From positions 33,541,504 through 33,605,503 of the forward strand of contig OZ037765.1 in NCBI GenBank assembly GCA_964035545.1: a DNA stretch of 64,000 nucleotides, read 5' to 3'. Position 1 is the stretch's first letter; every line of letters begins with the position of its first letter. The position numbers and the translations under genes were made by a program. This DNA comes from Bugula neritina (taxonomy: Eukaryota; Animalia; Bryozoa). The notes below the pieces were generated by a model. It was not told where the DNA came from, did no database searches, and saw only the letters and a list, made by a program, of their open reading frames with translations. Positions 1 through 15,100 of this stretch are shown here, in pieces.

Positions 1-1314
1 CATGTTTTATGTCAGATAAGCATCAAATCAAAGAGACACAAAAGAAGATTTTAATTATAAAAAATAGAGCCATTACACCATGTGCAGTGACATCATTGCT
101 CAGACTATGCCTACTAAGTTAAACTAGACAACGCAAAGGAGTAAAATTTAAAAGTAGAAACTGAATAGTATGTTGTGGGGAGTGTGGAAGTAGCGTAACT
201 GTACATAGAGTAGAGGTGAGTGGAAAGAGTTTAGGCACTTATATTCTTGCAATTTAAGAGTATGGCAGTATTCATCTCTTTAGTTGAGGGTTAGTTGCAT
301 AAATTTTCAGTAACTAGTTTGATATCAAACCAAAACACAATCAGTTTTCAAAAAACATTTCCTATGATTTGCCTCAACGATCTACACTATTTGCTTGACC
401 TAGGCAAGCTGTAATGGTGACAAAGTAGAGAGAGATGTGAACAGTGGGAGACGATTACTGGTGGAAAAGCAAATATAAACATACATACTATCCTGTGAAT
501 GTAAATGAAAACATATCAATGTACAACACATCTTCTGGGTGTAAGTGAAAATATATGAAGAAGGAGTATAGCGGTAGAAAGAGAAGCTAAAAATTGAAAG
601 AGGTTCAAAAATAGGTAAGTGGGAGAGGGCCAAGTGAAAGAGTCTAACTAAAGTGTTACAACAAATAGAGTGAGTAGGCGTAGTAGGCATGCGAGAATGT
701 TAACTTATACTTAGTACTGGCTTACAATACCGACACATCAGCTAATATCGCTCACAGTTTTACAAAATAAGAGAGATTGTTACTATTACAATTTACATTT
801 ATTATCACAGAATATAAATTTACATTTATTATCTCCCCTTGAATTGATCAGTCTAGCCAAAGCAGACGGCTGAGCAGCGTTCTATGTGCACTATTTCTAT
901 ATTATACACTCTGTTGCAACTACTAAAACTGTTTGTAAAACTGAGCTAAACCAAAGTTCTACTAATATCAAACGCAAATCATGGAGGCACAACTCCCTCC
1001 TCAGACACAACAGTGAGCCCTTACGCCATACCAGGACTAAAGAAGTAACTGGCTAGACATCTACAGTATTCATACTTACAGTCTTTAGCATCAGAATCTG
1101 GTAGAAATCATGTATAAATCAGCCAATAAACAACATAAAATGTGAATTCTTTAGCGGGAGAAACGTAGTTATAATTTAGCCAGGAGTACAGGAATCAAAT
1201 GGGAATCATGTTCATTCAGCACCAGAAACACTCTGGTAAGGAGACAACACTTACATGCAGGCAATATGTTTCTTATAACTCATTATATGTGATCAGAGAT
1301 AGAAGGTAACTTAC

Positions 1315-3543
1315 TCAGACTATCAGGTGTGGGAGTTGTCTCATCAAATATTCTCGCAGAACCAAAATCTGTGATTCTGATATGCATGTCCTTGTTTAGT
1401 AATATATTCTCTGGTTTTAAATCTCTACAAAACAATCGGTAGATATTCTCAAAGATACCTTCTGTGAAGCATGAAATACTGCATGCCGGTCAACATCACA
1501 TATAACTATGCTTAGGCATTGCCAACCCTACATGTCTGTAACCAAAAGTAAAGGCTTTCTAGCATTTCCAGAGAAACATTTCGTGTCGACTAATTGAACA
1601 ATTCAGATGCAGTTTATCTTTATGAGTGTGACTAACGGTAATAAATCAGCACAGAGACTTAGAGAACTTCCTGTGTGATGAGCAAATGCAGTTTGCTAAA
1701 TTCAATTCCTATGATGCTAGAAGTACGTTATAAATGCTACTTCAAATATCTATTGGAGTAATAGAGACCATACAGCTCTATGAATTGAACCTGGAAACAA
1801 TATGACTGGTCTTTTAGTTTATTTAGATGTAACCAGAGACAGCTACACACTATTGATAAAAAGAGTCACATTTATTATTCTAACCCCCATATTTTCCTTG
1901 TATGCAAAATGATGATTGCCTGATAGTGGGGAGTACTTAATATAAAGGTTACCATTGCAATACCTGTCAATATTTCCTAATCTTAGAGCCAATTTAAGCA
2001 TAGCCTAAGAGTACACAGCTAGTAGCACATTACATACGGGTGTACAAACCGCTACCTGTGAACTATGTTTAGCCCATGCAAGTGTTCCAAGGCTAGTACT
2101 ATTTCAGATGTGTAAAACTTTGTGCTCTTCATATCAAACGCACTGAGCCTTCGTATATACGTCCAGAGTTCTCCGTTAGGTTCATAGCTCAGCACAAAGA
2201 CTGTGGCTCAGTTAAGAAAAGACTTGAGACAAATATTATATACATACATATATGTTTGTGTGTGTGCATATGTGCCCCGGGCTTATGTTTATACACAGTT
2301 GCACAGTCACAAACGCCCACGAATCTGACAAAAAATAATAGACACAGCTGAGACTGATTGTATGACAAATAATGAACAAGCATAACCTCAGAGTGAATGA
2401 ATAAGAAAGTGAATGAGTGAGTGAGTGAGTGAGAGAGAGAGTGAGTGAGTGGATGACTGAGTTAAAATAGGATACAAAGTCTGTGACGGTCCTGAAAAGT
2501 GGCGTACAACTTGACGAAGAAAGGATGGTCGTGCTGGCCGAGTAGTAACAGGGCCTTCTTCTCTCTCATAACATACTCCGCCTTCTTCTCCTTCTGCAAG
2601 TGACTCTTCTGTAACACTTTCACTGTACAAACACATTAAAATATTGCTGCAGTCACATTTATGATCATTATTTTCTTTTTCTAAGGTAAATTCATGCCAA
2701 TATAGAGTTAACTTGAAGGTATCATATCAATTTGCTTTTGTTCTATATAATTATAAATGAGTTGAGTTTTACAATAAATAGCAAAATATAATTGTAATAA
2801 ATATATATTTAAAGTGAATATATCAATAGGTGAACACAAAAACAACATAACACATTATTCTTAGACACTTTTCCTTATTCCAAATACAGATTAGTAAGTC
2901 TAGCATTGTGCTGGCACAGCGGATGAAGATTTCAACAAACAAACAGCATCATCAATCCTTATAAAAATGGCCAACTTAAGCTACATGGCTCAGGTGTTTC
3001 ATATCCTTACTGGAATGTAATAATAAGTATTTCAACTATTTTTAGCCTTGGATTACAAAATTGCAGAAATAATAACAACACAAGCCACAGGTTTGTTTGG
3101 AACAGAAGGTGTTGTTACAACCATTACCTGCAAACTCTCTATTACTGGTTATCTCTTTCGTCAAGTATACCTGAAACAAGCACATGAAGTTTGATTTGAT
3201 TCAAATAAACACGTTGAATTACATCCTAAATTGCATATAATCTGTATACAAAAATGAGAAATTCTGATTACACTTTAAAGAAACCTCATATTCGAGCTCT
3301 AAATTATAAGAAAACTGTTTTAGTTTAGAAATTTATTGCATTTTTTGTGATCTTAAACGAATAATAGAATATTGAACCTACAGTTGAAAAGGAACCTTCA
3401 CCAATAATCTTCCCAAATACAAAGTCATCCGCAGTAGCCTTTCGACTTCTGCTGGTGGCAACACTTTCTGCTGGAGATGCATCGGCAGCACTATTGGCTA
3501 CGCTGTCACCAGACGAGGCCACTGGGCTTGTAGAGCAGCTCAT
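1315..3543 (-). CDS. PDPK1: 3-phosphoinositide-dependent protein kinase 1, 5' part (gene continues off the left edge)
   Basis: Phase-consistent GT-AG exons 3382-3543, 3128-3170, 2476-2622, 2056-2200 and 1315-1424 give ...[116 protein letters not shown]. These are PDK1-type kinase subdomains I-VII. Confidence 0.93.
2201..2475 (-). other. Putative U12-type (minor spliceosome) GT-AG intron in PDK1
   Basis: The 5' splice site reads GTATCCTATTT (U12 consensus RTATCCTTT). Branch-like TTTTCTTAAC ends 10 nt before the exon, with no polypyrimidine tract in between. Confidence 0.75.
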
Positions 3544-5269
3544 TATCGGTCAGTCACATTCTAAGTTTGACTTTCACTGTCATTCTAAAATACAATACAT
3601 TTTAGCAACCTAGAATTTTCTTCATTTCACGTAATTGTTTAAAACTGCAATTGCTTTTTTTATAGCAAGTTTGATAATGAACATAAAATTTATCAAATAT
3701 GTATTTGACTGAGTTAGTATGTATTACATAATGAATTGATTTATTGGAATATATGGTAGAAAATAATACAGTAGTAGAGATATGATATCTTAATGCCATG
3801 AAGTATTTTCATACGCGTTGTCACTGTGTAACAAACTTGGATATCAAACTGATAGTCAATAGGATATGGAAGTTCTTATTAGTTGCAGGATAGAAGTCAA
3901 AGTAAACTTAAGCAAAATTTACAATTAAAACTATAAATCAAGTATTTGCTGCTGTAACTTAGTAATTGGTCACATGAATCGACAACCACAGTAGTCTGTG
4001 TTTTAACTTTTAATGGCATTTTTCTTGGTCTACATCTCGAAACTTGTTCAACTAAAAGTTTGAAAATCAATATGAAAACTAAACAATTTTCTACCAACTA
4101 CTTGTAGTTTTATAAATGTATTTGCGGGTCTAAAAGAAAGAATGTGTGATACTAATTCTAACAGTAGATGAGCAAGCAGAATTCAATGATTCGAAAAAAA
4201 AATGTAACTCAAACAATCACCATTGCCGACACTTTTACTATTAACGTGTAATTTCACTGATAGCTAGCTTAACAGTGAAAGTTAAGTACAAACTGAAATT
4301 GCTGGAATCAAAGCATACAAATAAAAATTAAAACAAGCTTCAAACTAAAAAAATCCAAGAAATATTATTAAAAACAATGAAAACTAGTTGTTGGTAATTG
4401 TAAACTCAATGTGAAAACTAATTTCAAATTTCATTTTTAAAGTGAAACTGACACTCACCAGCAAGTGTAAAGACTGAACTTAACAAATAACTTTAACTTA
4501 TAGTATAATAATAACTTTCAGTTAAATATGTTATAAAATAAAATTAAAAAAGTAAAAAAAGAGTTACCAGTAGAAACTTTGTTACAAAGCCACAACTTAA
4601 AGTACACCACCACCTGCTTCTGTTCTATCATCATCAAGCCTACGCCCTTTGGGGAAATTACACATAGTAACAATTTTTATAAAAGTGAATAAATGTTAAT
4701 ATTATTTATTAGGATAAACTATTAGAACTACTAATCACTCAATCTAAATCTAAGGTGAGGGTTACGGACATACAGCACAGTATAAAATTTACTCCTAAAT
4801 TCCAAGTAGGCTACATCTACCTTTAGCTTTAGCTTCACCTCAGTAGTACTGTTAGTGTAACTAATGGTATATTAAGTACTAATATTATTACTATAAGTGT
4901 TGTTAATTTAAAATCAGTAAATATAATATGTCAAATATATTAAATTACTTTTACTTAGAAAATAATAGGTTTAATATGTGAAACACTTGATCTTAATTGG
5001 GTTAAGTCCCAACCAAAATCTCTCGGAGAGAGTAATTGTGGGACCCTCGGATCTATCCAGGCTCAGAAACCCGCTACTATCTCCCCCGTACGGAGCTCCC
5101 GGACAGTGCGCAACAGGAAACCCTGCAGGTACAGGCTCAAATTGCAGGCTATAGCACTGAAGGTGTTATTACAGGTATTCATGCTATGGGTGTAGGATTT
5201 CATAGATTTAAAAGTGTTATTTAGGGTTGGAAATAAATTGTCATTAGCAGTAATACGCCACAAGACATT

Positions 5270-5915
5270 ATTAATGTTTCTAGGCCTAGGTCAAATTGGC
5301 ATCTGTTACTGATACTTCTCTACCCTTTAAATTTTTAATAAACCATACAGCCTTATTTTGAGTACCTTCCAATTTTGTTGTTAGATGCTTATTGCACGGG
5401 TCCCATACTTCAGCAGCATATTCCAGGAGAAGTCTTTAAACAGTTTTATATGCAAGAATTTTAACATTTTCTGGGGCATTTCCTAGTGTGAACTTGATTA
5501 GTCCTAACACTCTGTATGCCTTTGAGATAACATTTCCCATATGCTTATTCCATTTCAAATCTGCTGATAGCAATATTCCAAGGTATTTTACAACTCCAAC
5601 TTTATTTAGGGATCATTTCCTAATGTATGAATGAAGACATTGGCTATATTTCTTGTTTTCTTACCAAGGGTGATGACATTAGATTTCTTTGAGTTAAACT
5701 TCATACTTTTTTCTTTTGCCCACCCGTAAAGGCTAGAAAGATCTCCCTGTAGTTTATGATGGTCATTTGGATAAGTAATGGGCAGGTAGACAAAAGTGTC
5801 ATCAGCAAAAAGCTTAATTGTACTATGTGTAACGCAATTTACAATGTCATTAATAACCAAACGAATAATGTTAGACCCAGCACACTTCCTTGTGGAACCC
5901 CCGAAGTCACTGGTG
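5270..5915 (-). mobile_element. Degenerate non-LTR (LINE) reverse transcriptase fragment
   Basis: Translates to SGVPQGSVLG..INDIVNCVTHSTIKLFADDTFVY..LQGDLSSLYGWA..MKFNSKKS..KYLGI, with frameshifts and stops. Confidence 0.85.
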
Positions 5916-8900
5916 CTAAATCACTGAAACTAAATTACTCATTATTCATTTAATTAGAATGCATTTATCAATGTATTTGAATACTACTACTAGTACTACT
6001 ATTAGTAGTAGTGCTACTACGTCTACTAGAACTGAGAATCAGAATACGAATATAAATATTAATGACTCAAAGTCAAATCAATGAATGAATGATCAATGTT
6101 ATAATTATATTTATAGTGATACTCATAGTCATAGTGGTACTGGAAGTGAAACTCAAACTGCTGAAACTCAAACAGTACAGAAATAAGAAATAAAAGTAAC
6201 TAATAAAAGTTCAAGTTACAGATTCAGATTGAGATTTGTAATCAGTATGAGTAAGTGACTGTGAGTAATGTCTGCATTACTCTGAAAATTGATGATTAAT
6301 TAATGCTTAAATTGTACGCTAAAATCATAATGGGAGCAGATTTTATTAAATCTTGTTTATTCTTTTTATGGTTATAGTAACAATATCATTATGCGTTGTA
6401 AATTAAACCTATTTAATTTTATAAAGATTAAACTCTAAAGTATATACTAAAACTAAAACTAAAAGTAAAGGGTGGTTGTCAGGTTGTGAAAAACTTTCTC
6501 AGCCGTTTCCTGTCATGGCATCCGGGTACTGTAGTCTGAGAATTACGATGAAACTAAGTCGTAAGTTTTTTGTGCTACAGATCAGTAGAAGTTTACGGAA
6601 ATGAAGGACGAATTCTGAAATTTGTTATTGTATTTGTCGGTGTGTAGGAGTGTAACGTTCATGCTGTACGTTGGTACTATTACATTGCAGCTCCTCTGTA
6701 ATTAATAGTATTTTTCTGAAAATCTGTATATTTATTTTATTGAGATTTTGTCATCAATCACTGTCAGTCACAGTGTGAGTGTTCTTTTCACTGTGAGTGT
6801 GACTGAGTCTGACGCTCACACTCTGACTCACACTGACACACTCACAGTCAATGACACTAACACTAACAGTAACACGAACAGTAACAGTCACACTGCGAGT
6901 GTTACTGTTACGGTGACAGCCACAGGCTCACAATCACAGTGCATGTGATACTCATACTAATTCAGATTGAGATTGGCGGTTCGTTTTACTATTTAGTATT
7001 TAGTAACACTTTAACTTCATGATGATGTTTAATTTTAAATTTTCAAACATTAAACATACTCTTAAACTTGAAGTGATACTCATACTGATACTCATAGTGA
7101 TTGTCATAGTCATACTGATACTTGATTATAATTGCCACACAAATACTAATACTAATAGTGATTGAGCAGTAGCAAAAACAGTGATAATAACTTTAAGAAA
7201 CACCTGTTATTATTGTACTTCTTGCAAGTCACTAACTCTAAGTCAAATGTTAAATGTTGCTTCTAATCTTCATTCATACTCAACCTCATGCTGTTCGTGT
7301 TAGCCACCCAAGTAGTCCTGACATCCGATGATCATATCTAGCTAACTATCATACTAACCATCAGCATCAGTATTATGAATAACCACCTATAATTATATAT
7401 AGCCATACTGTCATAATGCCAATCATAATGATATTGCTACAGCCATACTGATTATGCTGATGTTATTTTGTTGCTGTTTCATTTTGATTTTAAGACTTTT
7501 TTCTGATTATGAGTTATTGACTCATTTTGAACATTGTATTCACTATAAATTATTAGCTGTGATGACTGACTCTGCTTCAGTCGTCACAGCAATCACTGCG
7601 ATGATCTCATTCATGTCACTCACTTTGACTTTTGCACTCACCTCTGCCACTGCTAAGTGCTGACTAACACTAACACTGAATTACTGTCGCTCTCTTGCTT
7701 ACTCTGAGTAGCAGTGGCTGCTGTTGGTAAGTTCAATTTTAGTTTACTCTCAATCTCCGTCATTTACTAAACGTCGGAGGTAGTCAAAATGTCATGTATT
7801 AGGCTACTTGTAGTGCTGTTTTTATTTTGTTTGAGTTGAAAAAATTGTGACTAAATGAACATAATTGTAACCACAATTATGGATTTATGTGTATCTTAAA
7901 TGTTTTATTCTCTATTTCACTTCAGTTATACATTCTCACTTAGCTTAGGTTAGAAAGCAAATAGGCCTGAAGATATCAAGTCTTCAAAATTATTGTAGCA
8001 AAATGCCTTTCTTATGACTTCGTGCTAAGTTACATAGTTTCAATTTTGATGTTTATTCATATCAACCAGGGTAATTGTGCTGCTGGTGAAAATTATTCAG
8101 TTTAATTACAAAGTGGTTATACCTAATTTTATACAATGGAGTTTAAGGCATTAGATTAAAGTGTTTACTGCTCCCAATTTGCTGTTATTGATACTTAGTT
8201 TTGTTGGAAATAGTCTGAAATATGTGCCTAGTTTATTTTTAAAAGTTTTTGACCCGAATTTTATGAGTTATATTTTTTATGGCAGTTCCTACTTGTAGCT
8301 GGAGATTTGTTTGCCTTTGCTACTGTATTGTAAGGCTATGCAGAAATTTGTGCTCTAGTGCCTTTCTACATACTGTTATGCCCGTTATATAGCTTGCCTA
8401 TCAAGTAGAGAGCAAGATTGTTTAATTAATGTGAGATGCTGGGCTAAAAAAGCACTTATTTTAAGCCAAGTAGATTTTCAGTTTAGAACCAAAATGCCAC
8501 AGTGCTCCTTTCAATTTAAATTATTAATGGGTTTTATAGCTTTTTCTTTACTGTAAGTAGGTCTTACCCAAATGCATATATTGCTTAAAACCTAAAACTT
8601 AATGAAGCTTTACAACTTAACTGATGAAAAATTAAGTCAAAGTATTGAAATTGTTATCTTCTCAATTTCTGAAGTTGTAAATATACTATTTGGTCAATTT
8701 TGTCTGTCATAAAGTTGACTTCACTGTTTGCTGCTGCATTAACTGTTTATGTTAAGGTTAAGTTACTGCAATGGTTGAGTGAATTTTTATCAAAATAGTT
8801 TATTGCTTAACCAGATGATGCATGTGGTATACTTTATTAGTAGTCAGTGAACTGTTTAGAAACAAGCAAACATCTAAAAAGTAGCCCCATAGATGAAATA

Positions 8901-11900
8901 TTAAAACTAACTTTTTCCTACGATATGCTGCTACGCTACAGCAAGAGATTTACTTTCATAAGTTTAGCTTGAAACTGCTATATGCTATTCTATATTATCA
9001 ATTTCAACAGGTTTGCTTAGGCAAAGAATAAATAGCTAAGGTAGCAATTGGTATTCTGTGTAAATCAATTGACTTTATTCTCATTGCCATCACCTGTGTC
9101 GAATCCAAACTATGAACATAGTTTTTTTGTAAAAGGTAGTTCATGGATAGGTTTGACTCGAAATAATATGGTAAACTGTAGATAAGCCCTTAGGAGTCAG
9201 TCGGTAAGGAACAACTTGCATTATTATATTCACATCATCATTCTTTAGGTTGGTTCTCTACCAGAACTGTAGAGTGAATTCTTGAATTTCGTAACAGATT
9301 TTCTCTATCCAAATATTTCTTTCTTAAACTTGCTCGAACTATACTAGTGACATGGTTTTCATAAATGCTTGCATTTGTAAGTTTTGCTGAGGCGAATAAG
9401 TTGAAAATTCATTACGGCACTTTCATGAGTTTATCTCTTGATAAATATGTCAAAACATTTTATCAAATTCTTTACAAAGTTAGGCTATTTCTATATGTTT
9501 TGATATAATTCAATATTTTGTGACATAAATGACATTGCTTTATCTCAAAACTATGTAAAATATACATTTAGCATCATTTAACAGTCCGAGTGACAGCCAA
9601 TGGCTAGAACAGGGAAGTTGAGGGCTAGCTTGTAGTCATTCATTCTGCATTGTCAATATACTCAATTGATTTCAAGGTCTTAAATAACTTGTATTATTTG
9701 AACTAATATGAACAAGGAAGGTTTTATTTTCTGACTTCTTTTTCTTTAGTGACAGCTGTATAAATTTAATTACACGTAGCTGTATAGTATTGGTTTAGTT
9801 AAAGCTCCTCAACTTCTGCTATTTACACACTTCCTAGGTTAGTAATGATATAAAGTTTATCTTGTGTGATGTTTCTTTCCTGATACTCACTCATCAAGTC
9901 AATTTTTCCAGTTTAATTTTGTTTTTCAAATAAAATACAAACCAGCAAAACTTTTCATATCATAAGGAAATGAAAGTATGGAAAAATGTATGCACCAGAA
10001 AAATGAATGTTATAATATAAGAAGGCATAAACATGAATAAACAAAGCAAACATCAAACTAACACCAATATTTAACATTGTTGTTTCCCCACAATATAAGA
10101 CATACGATATATAGGTATGTGCAAAGTCTTATTGGTTAGGGTCATCTGGCTTTTAAACCTTTAAAATGTAATAAACTCGTCTTTGAAAAAATTGAAACTG
10201 GTTTTGCAGTCCCAGGGCTATTTTATGTTTATGCTCTACTTGTTCTAAAAGCTGTGAATATAATAGTCTTGTAGTTTTATGTATCTATGAATATTTTGGT
10301 CTGCTACCAAGTTTTGTAAAGTTTCTGTTTCTAGTATAATTTTGCAACAGTGATAGCTTTGTTCTTTTCTTTTTGCTTCACATATCTCAAACATAACAGT
10401 CTGGTATAGAGAAGAGGAGGCATTGCTCCTGGTATTTGACTTGGCTGATATTTCTAGCCACAACTATTCTCCTATAGTCACCAAATAGACTAAGTAATTG
10501 TGATTTGTATTGTTGACTATTTTCTTTAGAGCTGCAGCAGACATTTTTGACTTCATAGCATTAAGGTAAATAACTGCTCTTATGGGATACAAACATTCCC
10601 ACATTATGAATTATTTGTGTGCACACAGCCAAGTAAGACACCGGGTGTAATAGCATGATGACTGCCTTACTTGAAAGTGCATGATGTGCTCCATGAGCAA
10701 CCAACTCTCCCCTGGTGCATACTAAATTCTTTTGAAGTAGTCAATCATTATATCTCAGGTTTCCACACCGGTGCTGAGCATTTTAGCTTCTGGTCTCAGC
10801 TATCAGTATCAACAGTTTTTAGGGCTAGTTATTCCGAATTAGTTGAGATTTTTTATAAAGATCACACCTTTTTAGCCCACTGCAATTGTGTAATATTAGT
10901 TGGGCATTTGAATCTCTTAGAAATTGACTGTGTAAAAGATTTCATTTTTTCCTAGAACAATGACTTCTTGAATTTCATTATTTTCCAGGTCAATACTCTG
11001 TTTCTTAGAACCTCTTTTATACAGTCTAGAGTAAACTAGTTTATACAATGTATCCATTCAACCATCTACATTTGCAGCAACTACTATCACTGCTAACTTA
11101 GTTCTACTACTAGTAGTGATTATTCGTCAGTTTACTCCTTACTGGGGAGAAAACTCTTCAATGTTCGGTTAGCTTGAGTTGTTTCCAGGCACGTGAGTGG
11201 AGCCCCCTTCATTCTGCTGCTACAATAGTATAGAACCTCTCTGGTTGGCTTAGCATTGTTTGTAGTAGTAGGCAATGAGAGTTATTACTAGTTTACTTGA
11301 ATTATATATTCCTATGAATAGGAAAAAAATCTTGTTTGCACAGCCTTGTCAATGCTTGAGTTTTAGGGTTCAGTAATATCATTCTAGCAGCCTGTTTGTA
11401 TAAAGCAGTTGCTACTTCAGCTCACCGGTTGCCTAGTCTTGCAAGTTGTAGCTGCTGTTCTTCTTGCAATGGAGAACTTTCCTCGCGGCTATGAGTATTG
11501 GACTAGTCCAAAAGGTTTGTTTCATTTCAGCTGCAAGTTTCACCAACTGGGTTGTCAGATTTACTTTTCTCACTCGTTTAAGGATTAGTGTACTTTTTCA
11601 TGCTTTCAGTTTGAGTGAAGTAACGCCCAGTGTTGAAATCTCGTATGTTTTCCTACTTCGCAGTGCATGATTAGAGGATTGCAACACTGACTGGGTTGTG
11701 TCGTAAATAATTGTGTTTCGGTTGCATGACTCCTTTGATGCTGTGAGCTGAGCTGTTTATTAGTGTGCCCTATCACAGACCTGGCTACAGCTTTTTCTTC
11801 TCGCTGGCTGGTTTTGATTTATGCCACACTTTGTGGGCCTAGTGTCATAACAAAGGTTACCTCTCCCTTAATTAGCTAACTGATTAACAATTTGCAGAGC

Positions 11901-12126
11901 ATCTAGCAACAACCCTTTGTGGATGTTAGGGTGAGGGCGGAGCTAGCCAGCTAATTAGTAATATTTGATTATTTGTGTAATTACCTACCAGCATCCAGTG
12001 TAGCAGTTGGCTCGTGCCTCTAGCTCCCTCAGCATGTCCACTCACTTCTGAACTACTCACCTGGATATACACTCACTAAGATCTCAAACTAGCTGTTCCA
12101 TTTATCTCACTTCCGGATACTCTGAA

Positions 12127-15100
12127 ATGGAGGCTAAAATCCTCGCCAATCTTTCTGCAGGAATACCAACGTTTTCTGACTTTCTTTCAGAGCGACAGAG
12201 CTACAGACAGGTGCCCTCTCCTACCAAGTCTTTGGTCCCTGCTGACCTTAGTCCCTGGCCGTCTTTGTATGGCAGCACCCCTGCTGACCCTGACAACGAC
12301 TCACATCTAGGTCAGTACATACACAGGATCTACTGCAGAGAGTGTAGAGAGCAAGAGAACATGGCCGCTGCCAGCGGGCACTCCTCTGCTGCCACCAGCA
12401 CTGCCAACTCTCCCGGCTCTCAACCCGACAGCCCGCCACAAGCTCTGGTGGACAGGATGACTTTGGCAGAGAAAATCCCAGGTGAGTGAAGCACCATTTA
12501 AAGGTCATTGTTGAGCTGTACCAGTGTATTACTGGAGGTCATAAGTGTAGAGCTCATTTGCATGGCCAATGACTTGCCACTTGGCCTGGCACCACATTCT
12601 CTAGTGATAACACCCGGTTCAACGAACTCTGTAGTAGCCAGCCTTTGACTAATGAAGTGTGCAGCTTCGGCATTCTAATATATTTTAAGCCCCTGTTTGC
12701 CATGTTTAGCACTGATATTCGAATTTAGATGGTATCTACCCAACATGACAGAATATTTTGTTTGAAGTTTAGATTGGAAAGTGGAATCCTATTTGTATTC
12801 CACTGTGTAGATTATAACTCAGTGTGTAGGTTATAGTGTAACTTACATACTACCTGATGTATATGGTAGTCACTGTAAATACAGCTATAGACAGGTCATT
12901 CTGGTCTATATATTATCTTCTATGCACCCCTCACGAGTTGGAAGTTTGTATAATTCTTATGTGCAATACATTGCAGTGATAAACAGAAGGTTGATGTACA
13001 GAAGATCTCTTCCAGAGCTGGTTAGCGCTGGTATATACCCTAGTAAGTGTCATACAGTACATGTGATACCTTGTGATACCCTAGTAAGTGTCATACAGTA
13101 TATGTGATACCTTGTGGTACCCCAGTAAGTGTCATACAGTATATGTGATACCCTAGTAAGTGTCATACAGTATATGTGATACCTTATGATACCCCAGTAA
13201 GTGTCATACAGTATATGTGATACCTTATGATACCCTAGTAAGTGTCATACAGTATATGTGATACCCTAGTAAGTGTCATACAGTATATGTGATACCTTGT
13301 ATATTCTATGTGGTACCTTTTAAGTGAAATAAACTCAATTATGTTTTCTTACATAGTTTTAATCCTCCAACTCTGTTTGTAGCTTCACCACACGCCTTTG
13401 CTGGGCAGAGAGTGCTGCTGGAAAGAGCTAAGGTATACCTCCCCCACACTATTTATTATATTATTAAGGGTGCTAGGGCTAAATTTAGATAGAGAAAGTG
13501 GGCTCAGGACTCACTTCTTAGGAGTCTTTCCTATCAACTCTATCTTATAACTCATTTCAACTTAATATCTTGTAAATGATTATCTATATAATAGATGGCG
13601 GTATTGATACTGTATTAAACACATAAAATTAATATAAATTAATGTTCTGTTAGGTTTAGTACTCTATAACATAAGATAGTTGAGTGAGTAATACATTTCA
13701 CTATAAGTTAGTACATTTGCTGTTGGCCAAGTGCCGTCTGCACTGATATATTATAACTCTACTAGCAACTGTCTGCTGCCAATAATGATGCCGATAGATT
13801 CTGGTAGTAGCAGACTGCTTCCTTGCCGGTGCAGCAGCTCTTATACGCTGCCGATGGCCTGCAATCAGGGCTAATCTGTTTGAGCGAAGAGTTTATTGTT
13901 AAGTAACGTAAACTTTCCCTGTAGAATGGCAGGCAGCTGATCTCTTAGTTATATATAACCACTAAATTAACTCTGATATACAATAAACACAGCCTGCAGA
14001 GTACACCTACACAAGTATTTACATTACGTACTCAACTATGCAAACTTATGCAAGCCTGTAGTGTAAATACCGCTGTTGGTTGTTTATTTTTAATGTCATC
14101 ATTTAAACAAAAGAATAAAACATTCAAAAATTATTGTTTTTATATTTTCAAAAAAGGAGGGATTTATTTTAAGTGGTTTTTGCTTTATTAGATGGGTAAT
14201 GATTTGATGCAGTGTAGAGATGTAGCCACCCAGCTGTTGGTTTTATTTTCATGGGGAGATAAACCATTAGTAAAGTGTTTCATCCACTGCAATTTCCTAA
14301 TAATTATAATTAATATCAGCTCCATTCATTAGTGGGTAATGAGTCTGTTACTCTAATACACTGTACAACGTGTAATAAGAATGAAAGGTCTGTATAGGGA
14401 TAGCCTGCATATTACATGACTAGGGCGAATTGTATGTCTAAACTCTAAAGGTACTATATTATGTGGCCATAGGTAAGGCATGTGTTACTGTTTGTTCACA
14501 GGTGAAATATGTATTCCTAAGGCACATTTAGGTCATTGCATCCAGCGTTAGCTACCTGAGCCATTCTATAAATAGCATTTTATAAATACTTGTTAACTTA
14601 CTAACATACTTACAGTAGTAAGTTCAAGATGAGGCTATAAATCAGTATGTAATGTGTGTGTCTCAATATTTACAGACCGGTGATATACTGAAACATAAAA
14701 TAGAGCAAAGACCTGACAGAGGGTTCCTTGTTCAACAGCACATTCTTGAAGGTGAGTATATTGTACATATGTCTCAGCACCATATGGGCCAGGTATGTTA
14801 CCTCTGCACCGTATGGCCAGGTATGTTACATGTCTATGCACCATGTGTTTGTATATAATATATTCATGTCAGTTTATTCATATCTTCTATCTATTTACAT
14901 TTGGGTTGAAGTAAGTTCAGTGGAAACATTAAGTTACTCTATGAATATACGTACGTACTTGGTATTGCATTTGTCTTCTCTGTATATCTATCCAGATTGA
15001 GTTATACTGTAGCTGTTAGTTATGAAGGCAGCTTAATTCACTTTTAAGAAGTTGTATTCAATGAAGTTTATCTATTAGTTATGTCTGGTGGGGGACAAGC

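Noticed and set aside
4560-6600. Bidirectional promoter shared by PDK1 and MRTF
   Set aside because: The genes are divergent and donor-like sites exist (about 4567 minus, about 6561 plus), but start sites cannot be established from sequence alone.
6000-7700. Ser/Thr/Val-rich or hydrophobic short ORFs (6748-6948, 7454-7663; similarly 22586-22873, 56185-56436)
   Set aside because: Low-complexity hexamer-like AT-rich sequence near gene 5' regions, with no domain motifs or supporting splice structure.
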